This document shows positions 15,400 through 23,161 of a stretch of 25,271 bases of DNA, in pieces. Both the position numbers and the translations under genes were made by a program. Position 1 is the stretch's first letter. Each line of letters starts with the position of its first letter. This DNA is from an uncultured Verrucomicrobiota bacterium (lineage in GTDB: Bacteria; Verrucomicrobiota; Kiritimatiellia; CAIQIC01; Lenti-01). The DNA lies in NCBI GenBank assembly GCA_938003985.1, contig CALKWZ010000014.1, forward strand, positions 1 to 25,271, in the 5' to 3' direction. The notes under the pieces are model-generated. The model did not search any database, was not told where the DNA came from, and worked only from the letters and a program-made list of their open reading frames with translations.

Positions 15400-16748
15400 A
15401 GGTTCCGAGTTCTTCGCGCAAACGCTACTTGGGCGGAGCCGACTGGTGCGTGGCCGCGTTGCGGCAGGGCACCCTCGAAACCACGGGCAGGCCCATCACG
15501 TTCCACGTGGCGGTTTTCATCGCGGGGCGTCTCGATCCCGCCCGTCTCCAAGGTCGTTTCCAAGACTATTGCGCCCGTTTTCCGCTGCTTTGGGGCCGGG
15601 CCGCCCGCTGCTGGTGTCTGGCCCCGTATTGGAAAAGCCCGGCGAATTCCGCGGAGCGCAAGGCTCCTTTCCGGCACGTGGCGGACGGCGACGCAGCGAC
15701 TCCGGCCGCCGTGGCCCGCCGGATCGAAGAACTGGCCAACGATCCGGATCGTCTGCGCGGGTGCGCCGTTGCGTTGGAATTTCTGCAGGACGCCGCTGCG
15801 GCCGGCGCGCTCGTGTTTTCGTTCGACCATCTGTTGTTCGACGCGGCCGGCGCCGAGCGGTTCATCGACCTGTTCTGTCGATTTGCCGACGGTCGGGCGG
15901 CGGATGCCGAGTTCCCCGATCCGCAGGCGCCGGAGCCGGCGCACCTCGACCAATGGAGCAAGCGCTTCGCCAGCGGGCAGCAACTGAACCGCTCGCTGCG
16001 CGAATTGCTGCCCGGCGCGACCGCCAATCTGGAGTTGCCGGCAAATGCCCGGCGGCGTCCGTTCCGGTTCCGGGTCCTGTCCCTCACGGCGGAGGAAACG
16101 CGCCGCGCGCAGGAACAGGCGTTTGCGACGGCCGGCTACCTGATGTTCACGCCCTACGTGTTGGCCACGGCGGCCGCGACGTTCCAGCCGCGGTTCGCCC
16201 GGCGCGTCGCGCCCAACGCCGACTTCATCGTCACGGTTTCGACCAGCCGCCTGCGGCCGCCCGGCGAGCGCGCGCCGCACGTGTTTTTCAACGATCTCTC
16301 GTTTCTCTATTTCGGATTTCCCGTGGCCGAAGCGGGGGAGCGCGACGAGTTGGCCCGGACCTTGCGCGACCAGATGATCGCGCAGGTCAAGGCGGGCATG
16401 CCCGCCGCCGTAGAGGATTCCAACTTGCTCATGCGGATCTTGCCGCCGCGCGCCTTTTGGAAATTCATGTTCACGTTTTTCCGCAACCGGCTGTCGTCGT
16501 TCGCGCTGACCTGTCTGGGCGATCCCTTGCTCAAGACGAACAGCGTTCTGGGCGGCACGATCCGCACCCACGTCCATTTTCCCGTCATTCCCGTGCCGCC
16601 GGGCTTGGGGCTGATCCTGAACCGCAGCGGCGACGTTTACCACGTCGTGTTGTCCTATTTGGAGGGCGTCCTGTCCGAAGACGAAGTCGCGACGTTGCTG
16701 GACGAATTTCGCCAGCGCTTGCTCAACGGAGCTTCGCCGGAGCCATGA
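15396..16748 (+). CDS. Protein of unknown family with an HxxxD motif; putative condensation-domain/WS-DGAT/CAT-superfamily acyltransferase
   Basis: 450 aa. FSFDHLLFDAAGAERF places His145 (15828-15830) and Asp149 (15840-15842), resembling the HHxxxDG condensation motif. Size fits a C-domain fold. ATGA overlaps at both ends. Function inferred from one motif plus context. Confidence 0.45.
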   Translation: MKVPSSSRKRYLGGADWCVAALRQGTLETTGRPITFHVAVFIAGRLDPARLQGRFQDYCARFPLLWGRAARCWCLAPYWKSPANSAERKAPFRHVADGDAATPAAVARRIEELANDPDRLRGCAVALEFLQDAAAAGALVFSFDHLLFDAAGAERFIDLFCRFADGRAADAEFPDPQAPEPAHLDQWSKRFASGQQLNRSLRELLPGATANLELPANARRRPFRFRVLSLTAEETRRAQEQAFATAGYLMFTPYVLATAAATFQPRFARRVAPNADFIVTVSTSRLRPPGERAPHVFFNDLSFLYFGFPVAEAGERDELARTLRDQMIAQVKAGMPAAVEDSNLLMRILPPRAFWKFMFTFFRNRLSSFALTCLGDPLLKTNSVLGGTIRTHVHFPVIPVPPGLGLILNRSGDVYHVVLSYLEGVLSEDEVATLLDEFRQRLLNGASPEP

Positions 16749-17914
16749 AGCCCAAGGTCGAGCGCTGCGACGTCGCGATAGCCGGTGCGGGGACGGCCGG
16801 CATCGTGGCGGCGCTCGCGGCGGCCCGCGGCGGGGCCCGCGTGGTTCTGATCGAAGCCGGCCATCGGGTTGGGGGCATCGCGATCCATGGCCTGCACCGG
16901 TTTGTCTGCGGCCTGTTCCGGAACGGCGGCGCGCGTCCCGGCGAGCCGCTGCACGGATCCGCGACCATGGAATTCTGCCGGCGGCTGGCCGGCGGCGATC
17001 CGGAGCAACTCGCCGTGCGGCGGGGACGGGTCTGGCTGTTGCCGTTCGCAGGCGGCGAGGCGTTGGCGGCCTGCGCGGAAGCGGAAATCGCCGGCTGCAA
17101 GAACATCCGGTTGATCGCAGGCGATCCGGTCGTTCGCGCGGAGCGCGCCGGGAATGGGCTGACGGAAATCGGCTTGGCTTCGGGGCTCGTGATCCAGCCC
17201 GCATGGGCGATCGATTGCACCGGTTCCGCCGCGTTGTGTCGGTTGGCGGGCGCGCAGGTCGATTGGCCGGAGCGGCCCGCCATGGCCGGATACGGATTCG
17301 AAGTGGAGGCTGCCGACGAATCCAAGGCCGGACCGCTGGGCTTGACCCTGGCGGTGCCGTATCTGTTGCGGCAGGCGGCGGATGCCGGCCGGCTCGCGCC
17401 CCATCTGGCCTATGCGACCTGGGAGCCGGCCGGAAAGACGGGGCAGGGATGGATCAAGTTGGCGTTGCCGGCGGCTGCCGTTTCCCGGGCCCGGGAACAG
17501 GCGGATGCCGTTTGGGATCTGTTGAAAACCTCGCCGGTTTTTGCCCACGCCCGCATCCGGCGCCACGTGCCAACTCCCTTGGTCCGGGAAACCGGCCATT
17601 TGCGCGGCGAGCACGTGCTGACGGAAAACGACGTGCTTTGTGCCCGGGATTTTCCGGACGCGGTTGTCCACAATGCCTGGCCCATCGAGAGATGGGAAGA
17701 AGGGCAAGGGGTCTCGTATCGCTACCTGCCCGATGGCCGGGCGCATGGCATCCCGTTGCGGTGCCTGCGGCCGCAAGGCGGGCCCGGCAACTTGCTCTGC
17801 GCCGGCGCGGCCATTTCGGCGGAGCCCGCCGCCGCCGCATCCCTGCGCGTCATGGGCGTCTGCATGGCGCTGGGCGAGGCCGCCGCGCGGCATTGCCTTG
17901 CGCCGGCGCGATGA
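16745..17914 (+). CDS. FAD-dependent oxidoreductase
   Basis: CDVAIAGAGTAGIVAALAAARGGARVVLIEAGHRVGG has GxGxxG, an acidic residue and GG. C-terminal LLCAGAAISAEP...MGVCMALGEAA is typical of the FAD-binding closing segment. 389 aa. Confidence 0.7.
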   Translation: MKPKVERCDVAIAGAGTAGIVAALAAARGGARVVLIEAGHRVGGIAIHGLHRFVCGLFRNGGARPGEPLHGSATMEFCRRLAGGDPEQLAVRRGRVWLLPFAGGEALAACAEAEIAGCKNIRLIAGDPVVRAERAGNGLTEIGLASGLVIQPAWAIDCTGSAALCRLAGAQVDWPERPAMAGYGFEVEAADESKAGPLGLTLAVPYLLRQAADAGRLAPHLAYATWEPAGKTGQGWIKLALPAAAVSRAREQADAVWDLLKTSPVFAHARIRRHVPTPLVRETGHLRGEHVLTENDVLCARDFPDAVVHNAWPIERWEEGQGVSYRYLPDGRAHGIPLRCLRPQGGPGNLLCAGAAISAEPAAAASLRVMGVCMALGEAAARHCLAPAR

Positions 17915-17922
17915 GCTATACT
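17893..17922 (+). promoter_or_regulatory. Putative sigma70-like promoter for the small secreted-protein gene
   Basis: TTGCCT (17893-17898), an 18 nt spacer, then TATACT (17917-17922), straddling the end of the upstream CDS. The locally AT-rich gap 17915-17951 ends in a GGAGAAG RBS. Confidence 0.35.
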
Positions 17923-17951
17923 TCTCTTAACAATACAACCGGAGAAGACCG

Positions 17952-18494
17952 ATGAAAACATCCCTGAAAACGATCTTTGTTGCGTTGATTGCCGTTGTCG
18001 CCCTCGTTGCCGTCGGATGGGCGGACGAAGTCGTCGGCAAGGTGACCGACACGGGATTCGGATCGTTCATGCTCGACGACGCCGGCACGCTGCGGCAATT
18101 CAATCTGTCTTCGCGGAACACCGCCTACGAGCCGACGAGTTGGCGGCCTACTTCCGGGGATGAAATCCGCGTGGCCTACACGCCCATTCAAAATCGGCGC
18201 GGAACGACGGTCTTGGCGGTGGATCAAGCCACCTTGGTCAAAGCGGGTCCCCACACGCTCGTCGACTTGGCCAGTCCCGTCGAAGTTGAAATCACCGAAA
18301 CGGGCCGCAGCGGCATCCGCGGCAAGATCCCCAGCGGCCAGATCGTGCGGTTCGCCTACGACCGCGGCGTGCAGCGGATCCCGGCCGGCTGGGTGCCCGT
18401 CGTCGGCGAAAAAGCCCGCGTAACCTTCCGTCTGGACGCCGAGCGCGGCTTCACCGTCGGATATTGGGCGCAAAACCTCGAAAAGCTGCCGTAG
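17952..18494 (+). CDS. Secreted/periplasmic protein of unknown function with an N-terminal signal peptide and two tandem ~65 aa repeats
   Basis: MKTSLKTIFVALIAVVALVAVGWA/DE signal-peptide-like N-terminus. GGAGAAG RBS at 17941-17947. The two halves share T[DE]TG...[QR]F...P..W.P..G[DE]..RV.[YF]. No Cys residues. Confidence 0.8.
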   Translation: MKTSLKTIFVALIAVVALVAVGWADEVVGKVTDTGFGSFMLDDAGTLRQFNLSSRNTAYEPTSWRPTSGDEIRVAYTPIQNRRGTTVLAVDQATLVKAGPHTLVDLASPVEVEITETGRSGIRGKIPSGQIVRFAYDRGVQRIPAGWVPVVGEKARVTFRLDAERGFTVGYWAQNLEKLP

Positions 18495-18496
18495 TC

Positions 18497-18525
18497 GACC
18501 ATTCCGGCCGGTTTCGGGTCTTTTT
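18497..18525 (+). terminator. Weak candidate intrinsic terminator after the secreted-protein gene
   Basis: GACC (18497-18500) pairs with GGTC (18517-18520), with an inner CCG/CGG pairing, followed by TTTTT (18521-18525). The alternative stem CCGGCCG (18504-18510) with CGGCCGG (18527-18533) is short and imperfect. Confidence 0.25.
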
Positions 18526-18552
18526 GCGGCCGGATCGGATTCCGGCGGCCAT

Positions 18553-18561
18553 TGCTAGAAT
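18553..18561 (+). promoter_or_regulatory. Candidate extended -10 promoter element for the downstream rSAM-export sub-operon
   Basis: TGCTAGAAT (TGn + TAGAAT) at 18553-18561, within the 136 nt gap between 18494 and 18631. No convincing -35 element. Confidence 0.3.
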
Positions 18562-18630
18562 GCCGTTGCGGGCGGGGCGGGTTTGGCATATGTTTTCTCG
18601 ACGCTATTTTTGCCATTTCCGCTGTCCCAA

Positions 18631-20115
18631 ATGAGTTGCGCATCACTATTGTTCGGCCAGGAATTCTCCCCGGAGGAGATCGCCCAAACCAAGGCCGCCC
18701 ATGGCCTCCTGACCATGGAAGTCGAAGTCGGGACGGCCTGCAATTTCCGCTGCAAGTACTGCTACGTCGGCGACGGGAATTCCGTCGGCAACGGCAAATG
18801 CGCGGAATTGTCGCTGGACGAAATCCGCGACGTGATCGGGCAGGCCCAGGCGCTGGGGGCGCGCAAAATCATCCTGCTGGGCGGCGAACCCATGATCTAC
18901 GGTTTCACGCCGGAACTGTGCGAATGGATCCGCGGACGCGGCCTGGGCGTCGAGCTGTTCACCAACGGCACGAACATGACCGCCGAGATGGCCGCGCGGC
19001 TGTTCAAGCTGGGCGTGCACGTGGTCCTGAAATGGCATACCTCCGACCACCAGATCCAGGATTGGCTGGCGGGAGTGCCGGGCGCGGCCGCCATCATGTC
19101 CGACGCTTATCGCCATTTGCGCGCCGCCGGCTATCCCTCGACGGAGGCGAAGATGGCCTTGAGCACGGTGATCTGCCGCCAGAACGTCGCGGAACTGCCC
19201 AGCCTCTGGAAATGGATGCGCACCGAGGGCATCGAGCCGTATTTCGAGATGATCACCCCGCAAGGCCGCGCGCGGAACAGCGCCCACGACCTGTCGCCTT
19301 CGGTCGAAGAAGTCCGGCAGTTGTTCGAGACGATCCGCACGATCGATCGCGACCAATTCGGGCGGACTTGGGAAGCGCAGCCGCCGTTGGTCGGCAATGC
19401 CTGCCTGCGGCACTCGTTTTCCTGCTTGGTGGCGGCCTCGGGCGACGTCATGCCGTGCGTCGGGGTGTCGCTGCCGGTAGGCAACGTCCGCGAGCGGCCG
19501 CTGGCCGACATTTTGGCCGACAGCGAAGTCATCGCCGACCTGCGCGACCACGAAAACACCATCCAGGGCGCCTGCGGCGCCTGCGACAAGGCGGCGACCT
19601 GCTACGGTTGCCGCGGCGCGGCCTTCCAGTTGACCGGCAACTATCTGGGTTCGGATCCGCTTTGCTGGCGCAACCAGGCGGAAACCGTCGATTGCGGCCA
19701 GTTGCCGATCGATGCCGCGCGGCTGGTGCCGCATCAGGCGCCCGCCCGGATGGTCGCGGCGCTGGAGGCGGTGGGCGAACGGACCGCCACGGTTTCGGCC
19801 GTCATCGCGGACGACAATCCCCATTGCCGCGCGGGCCGGCTGGCGGAAGCGGCGCACGTCGAGTTGATGGCCCAGGCGGCGGCCGCCCTGCACGGGTATC
19901 GCTCCGCGACGCGGCCGGAGGCCGCTCCGCAGCGCGGGATGCTGGTCGGCGCCCGCAACCTGGAAATCCATGCGGACGTCCGCGTGGGCGATCGGCTGAC
20001 CGTGCGCCTGCACAAACAGGCCCGGCTCGGCACGTTCGGCGTGATCGACGCGGAAGTGCGCCGCGGCGAAACCGTGGTTTCGAAAGCGGAGCTGAAAACA
20101 TGGCACGCAGGATGA
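18631..20115 (+). CDS. Radical SAM enzyme with a SPASM-type auxiliary Fe-S domain, fused to a C-terminal hotdog (ApeP/FabZ-like dehydratase) domain
   Basis: CX3CX2C in GTACNFRCKYC, with Cys codons at 18739, 18751 and 18760. SPASM-like Cys pattern: CLRHSFSCLVAASGDVMPC (CX12GX4C), then CGACDKAATCYGC, then DPLCW. The C-terminal ~135 aa from about 19700 (LVPHQAPARMV...MLVGARNLEIHADVRVGDRLTV...GETVVSKAELK) looks like a hotdog dehydratase. Start ATG 18631 was chosen over in-frame TTG 18583. Confidence 0.75.
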   Translation: MSCASLLFGQEFSPEEIAQTKAAHGLLTMEVEVGTACNFRCKYCYVGDGNSVGNGKCAELSLDEIRDVIGQAQALGARKIILLGGEPMIYGFTPELCEWIRGRGLGVELFTNGTNMTAEMAARLFKLGVHVVLKWHTSDHQIQDWLAGVPGAAAIMSDAYRHLRAAGYPSTEAKMALSTVICRQNVAELPSLWKWMRTEGIEPYFEMITPQGRARNSAHDLSPSVEEVRQLFETIRTIDRDQFGRTWEAQPPLVGNACLRHSFSCLVAASGDVMPCVGVSLPVGNVRERPLADILADSEVIADLRDHENTIQGACGACDKAATCYGCRGAAFQLTGNYLGSDPLCWRNQAETVDCGQLPIDAARLVPHQAPARMVAALEAVGERTATVSAVIADDNPHCRAGRLAEAAHVELMAQAAAALHGYRSATRPEAAPQRGMLVGARNLEIHADVRVGDRLTVRLHKQARLGTFGVIDAEVRRGETVVSKAELKTWHAG

Positions 20116-20744
20116 GCCGTCGGCCACGTCGGATGGCGGGACTGATCTGCGGCCTGCTCGCCGTTCAGGTCTCCCTCGCCGCGGAACCCGCAACCGACGT
20201 CTTGGGTCAGATGGAACAGGCCATGGCGGACGTCAAAACCGTCAAAACCCGTTTCGTGCAGGAAAAGAAGATGGCCCTGTTCAACCATCCGCTGGTCACG
20301 CGCGGCAGCATCTGGGTCGAACCGCCGGAGCACTTGCTCTGGCGGGTGGAAAGCCCGATGCAGTACGCCCTGGCGCTCGACGGCTCCCGCGTCCGGCAAT
20401 GGGACGGCGAGACCGGCAAAACGACCAGCCTGTCCATGGACGGCAATCCCGTCTTCGCCGCCGTCACCGAGCAGCTCAATGCCTGGTTCGGCGGGCGCTA
20501 TGGCCTGCTGGCCCAGGATTACGACGTCGAGCAGCAGGTCGCCGCGCCCGCCACGTTCGTCTTCGTTCCCAAGCCGACCGCGCCGTCCGCGAAAATGCTG
20601 AAATCGGTGACGGTCGTTTTCCGCGCGGACGCGCGCTACATCGCGTCCATCCGGATCGACGACCGCAGCGGCGACGTCACCACGCTGACGTTCACCGAGA
20701 CCGAGATCAACGTCCCCTTGGATCCGAAAGCCTGGGAGCTGTAG
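20100..20744 (+). CDS. LolA-like outer-membrane lipoprotein-carrier family protein (ApeL-like), secreted
   Basis: Signal peptide RRMAGLICGLLAVQVSLAAEP. VKTVKTRFVQEKKMALF and a length of about 214 aa are typical of LolA-fold proteins. GGAG lies 8 nt upstream of ATG 20100. The alternative ATG 20112 forms an ATGA overlap with the upstream stop. Confidence 0.7.
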   Translation: MARRMSRRPRRMAGLICGLLAVQVSLAAEPATDVLGQMEQAMADVKTVKTRFVQEKKMALFNHPLVTRGSIWVEPPEHLLWRVESPMQYALALDGSRVRQWDGETGKTTSLSMDGNPVFAAVTEQLNAWFGGRYGLLAQDYDVEQQVAAPATFVFVPKPTAPSAKMLKSVTVVFRADARYIASIRIDDRSGDVTTLTFTETEINVPLDPKAWEL

Positions 20745-23161
20745 TGGCCGGGCCGTTTCGGGACAAGCTGCGGGCGGGTCTGCGGCGGCGGTCGGCCGTC
20801 TTGGGCTTGGTCGCGCTGGTCTTGCTGCTGTCCGCTGCCGCGTTGCCGTTCAGGAGCTTCAACGGGCGCATCGACGTCATGCTGCCGGACCGTTCCGAAC
20901 TGCGGGACGTTTTCGGTTTTCTGCGCGACATCCACGTCGCCGACAAAGTGCTGGTGACGCTTTCCATGCGCGCCGGGACGGTCGATCCCGACGCGTTGGC
21001 CGCGGCGGCCGATGCCTACGTCGCCGGTCTCGATCCGGCCTGGGCCGCGCCTCTGGCGGCGGGGAGCCCGGTTGCCGACGTGGCGGGGGACTTCGACCGC
21101 TTGGCGCGGCGGTTGCCGGACTATCTCGCCGCGGAAGATCTGGCCCGATTGCGCGACGGCGCGGCGTCGGCCGCCGGCATCCGGGCCTCGCTGCAGGCCC
21201 TGAAAAGCCGCCTGCAACGCCCGGAAGGGATGTGGTCCGCCGTTGCCCCCGGAGCCGATCCGCTGGACTGGAACGGCCGGCTGGCGGCGGGCATCCTCCA
21301 TGCGGTGTCCTCCTTCGGCTACCGCGCGGTGCCGGTGGGCAACCATCTGATGGACCCGGAGCGGCGCCATCTGCTGCTGGTGCTGCAAACACCCGTCCTG
21401 ATGACGGATACGGCCCGGGGCCGCGGCCTGCTGGAGCATCTCGCCGCGCGCGCCGCGGAACTGCCGCCGACGGTCGAAGCGCGGCTCGTGTGCGGGCATC
21501 TGCATACCGCCGGCAACGAAACCCTCATCCGGTGGGACGTCCAACGCACCGCGCTGGCGATTTCCGCCGTTTTCCTGGCGCTCTTTTGGGGCGTTTACCG
21601 CGATCCGCGCGCGCTGGCGATCATGCTGATCCCGATGCTGGCCTGCGTGCCCGCGCTGGCGTTGGCGGCGGCGTTTTTCGAGAGTTTTTCCTTCATCGTG
21701 CTCGGGTTCGGTTCGGTGATCGCGGGTATTGCCGTGGATTACGGCATCCATAGCTACGTCGCGGCGCGCAGCGCGCAGCCCGACCGCAATCTGGCGGCCA
21801 TTCGCCGCCCGGTTGCGCTGAGCGCGCTGACCACGCTCTGCGTGTTCATCGCGTTCTGTTTTTCCAGCATTCCGGCCTATCGGCAACTCGGGGCGTTCGC
21901 TTCGTTCGCCATCGTGATTTCGCTGGTGTACGCCTTCTGGGCCTTGCCCCCGTTCGTGCGTCGGCGCGCAACTGCGGTGCCGGAGCCGGTGCCGGCGGCG
22001 AGGGGCAACGGCTCGCGAACGCAGGCCGCCTGGATCGCGCTGGTCGCGGCGGCGGCGTTGGCGGCGGGGATTGGCTTGCTGGCCCGGCTGTCGCTGGATC
22101 CGGACGTTTCCAAACTGGACGGCACGCCGCAAGCGGTTCTCGACGAGGAGGCCCGGGCCATGGCGATCTGGGGCGGGGGGCAATCCATGGCCGCCATCCT
22201 CGTCGTGGAGGCTCCGGACGAGCAGGAAGCCCTACATCTGAACGACCGGCTGTACGAGGATTTGCAGGCCGCCGGGTTGCCGGCTTCCGAAATGTCCAGT
22301 CTGGCACCGCTGTGGCCCTCCGCCGCGACCCGCCAGGCGCGCCGCGCGGCTTGGAACGAAGCGTGGACGGACGAACGCATCGCCGAATTGCGCCGGACGC
22401 TGGCGACGGAAGCCGCCGCGCTCGATTTCTCGGAAGCCGCCTTCGCCGCCTTCTGGGAGCGGTTCGCGGAGTGGCGGGACCTGGCCGCCGAACAGGAGTC
22501 CGTCGGTTTCCTGGAGCCGCTGCGCCGGCAATTCATCCACGCGCAGGACGGCAAGGTGCGCGTGACGACGTTCGTCCCCGACGAGCCGCGCTGGATCGCG
22601 GCGGCCCAGGAGTTGCAACAAGAGCTGGCGGCGCTGCGCGTGATTTCCAGACGGGCGTTTTCGGCGGACTTGTCCGCGGCGGTGCTCGGCGAAATGCTGC
22701 GGACGACGATCTGGGCGGGAACGTTCATCCTGCTTGCGACGGGGCTGGTGCTGCGGCGCGCCGGCATGCTGGCGCTGGCCATCCTCCCGGCCGTGGCCGG
22801 CATGGTCTGGGGCGGGGCGGGCATGGCGTTGTGGGGACTGTCGCTGAACGTGTCCAATCTGGTCGCGGGCATCCTGGTCTTCGGTTTGTGCATCGACTAC
22901 GGCATCTGCATGGCCTATGCCCAGCGGCGCGGGATGCGGCGCGACATGTCCCGCGCGGTGACGCTGTCGGCGCTGACGACGGCGCTGGGCGCGGCGGTGC
23001 TGTTGATCGCCGACCATCCGGCCTTCCTGGCGATCGGCATCACGCTGGTGTTCGGCGTGAGCGCGGGTTACGTCTACGCCCGGTGGGTGTTGCCGGCGCT
23101 GCAAATCCTGTTCCCGCGCCTCAATCCGCCCGATGAATGCGCGGCGGAGGAGGGCGCATGA
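20744..23161 (+). CDS. MMPL/RND-superfamily membrane transporter (ApeM-like exporter)
   Basis: GTG start at 20744 overlaps the TAG stop, with GGGAG 6 nt upstream. 805 aa with two homologous multi-TM blocks, each preceded by a soluble loop and each containing a G[IL]xxDYGI motif (IAGIAVDYGIHSY and VFGLCIDYGICMAY). Confidence 0.8.
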   Translation: MAGPFRDKLRAGLRRRSAVLGLVALVLLLSAAALPFRSFNGRIDVMLPDRSELRDVFGFLRDIHVADKVLVTLSMRAGTVDPDALAAAADAYVAGLDPAWAAPLAAGSPVADVAGDFDRLARRLPDYLAAEDLARLRDGAASAAGIRASLQALKSRLQRPEGMWSAVAPGADPLDWNGRLAAGILHAVSSFGYRAVPVGNHLMDPERRHLLLVLQTPVLMTDTARGRGLLEHLAARAAELPPTVEARLVCGHLHTAGNETLIRWDVQRTALAISAVFLALFWGVYRDPRALAIMLIPMLACVPALALAAAFFESFSFIVLGFGSVIAGIAVDYGIHSYVAARSAQPDRNLAAIRRPVALSALTTLCVFIAFCFSSIPAYRQLGAFASFAIVISLVYAFWALPPFVRRRATAVPEPVPAARGNGSRTQAAWIALVAAAALAAGIGLLARLSLDPDVSKLDGTPQAVLDEEARAMAIWGGGQSMAAILVVEAPDEQEALHLNDRLYEDLQAAGLPASEMSSLAPLWPSAATRQARRAAWNEAWTDERIAELRRTLATEAAALDFSEAAFAAFWERFAEWRDLAAEQESVGFLEPLRRQFIHAQDGKVRVTTFVPDEPRWIAAAQELQQELAALRVISRRAFSADLSAAVLGEMLRTTIWAGTFILLATGLVLRRAGMLALAILPAVAGMVWGGAGMALWGLSLNVSNLVAGILVFGLCIDYGICMAYAQRRGMRRDMSRAVTLSALTTALGAAVLLIADHPAFLAIGITLVFGVSAGYVYARWVLPALQILFPRLNPPDECAAEEGA

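Noticed and set aside
14841-17204. 787-aa minus-strand ORF, the longest antisense ORF, opposite ACP-3, the HxxxD protein and the FAD oxidoreductase
   Set aside because: The translation is Arg/Pro/Ala/Gly-rich low-complexity sequence with no recognisable motif. It lies antisense to + strand genes that carry clear catalytic motifs. This is the typical shadow ORF of G+C-rich DNA, where stop codons are rare in the antisense frame.
18583-18630. TTG start at 18583 for the rSAM-SPASM fusion
   Set aside because: It adds 16 hydrophobic, non-conserved-looking residues (AYVFSTLFLPFPLSQ) and would begin only about 20 nt after the putative -10 element. The first in-frame ATG (18631) was preferred. The choice is not certain, because neither start has a clear RBS.
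17952-20115. RiPP-type system: a SPASM maturase with an adjacent precursor peptide
   Set aside because: No short Cys-, Gly- or Ser-rich precursor ORF with an RBS lies next to the SPASM gene. The upstream ORF is a 180 aa signal-peptide protein without Cys. The hotdog fusion and KS/ACP context favour a lipid substrate. It is kept only as a low-probability alternative in the findings.
1048-20743. Long N-terminal extensions of + strand ORFs in the track (starts at 1048, 2031, 3086, 4147, 5303, 6699, 7040, 7825, 11483, 11935, 13539, 15446, 18552, 20399)
   Set aside because: The extensions run out of frame through the preceding, motif-supported gene and translate to Arg/Gly/Pro-rich nonsense. Recognisable protein sequence begins at internal ATG/GTG codons, which coincide with upstream stops (ATGA) or RBS-like sequences, so those were used as starts.
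23137-23157. Upstream ATG 23137 for the lipoprotein gene
   Set aside because: ATG 23158 directly follows GGAGGAGGG, forms the ATGA overlap typical of this cluster, and gives a canonical lipoprotein signal (MKRLRTGVMVMAGLWLTGC). The extension MRGGGGR would be encoded by the RBS itself.
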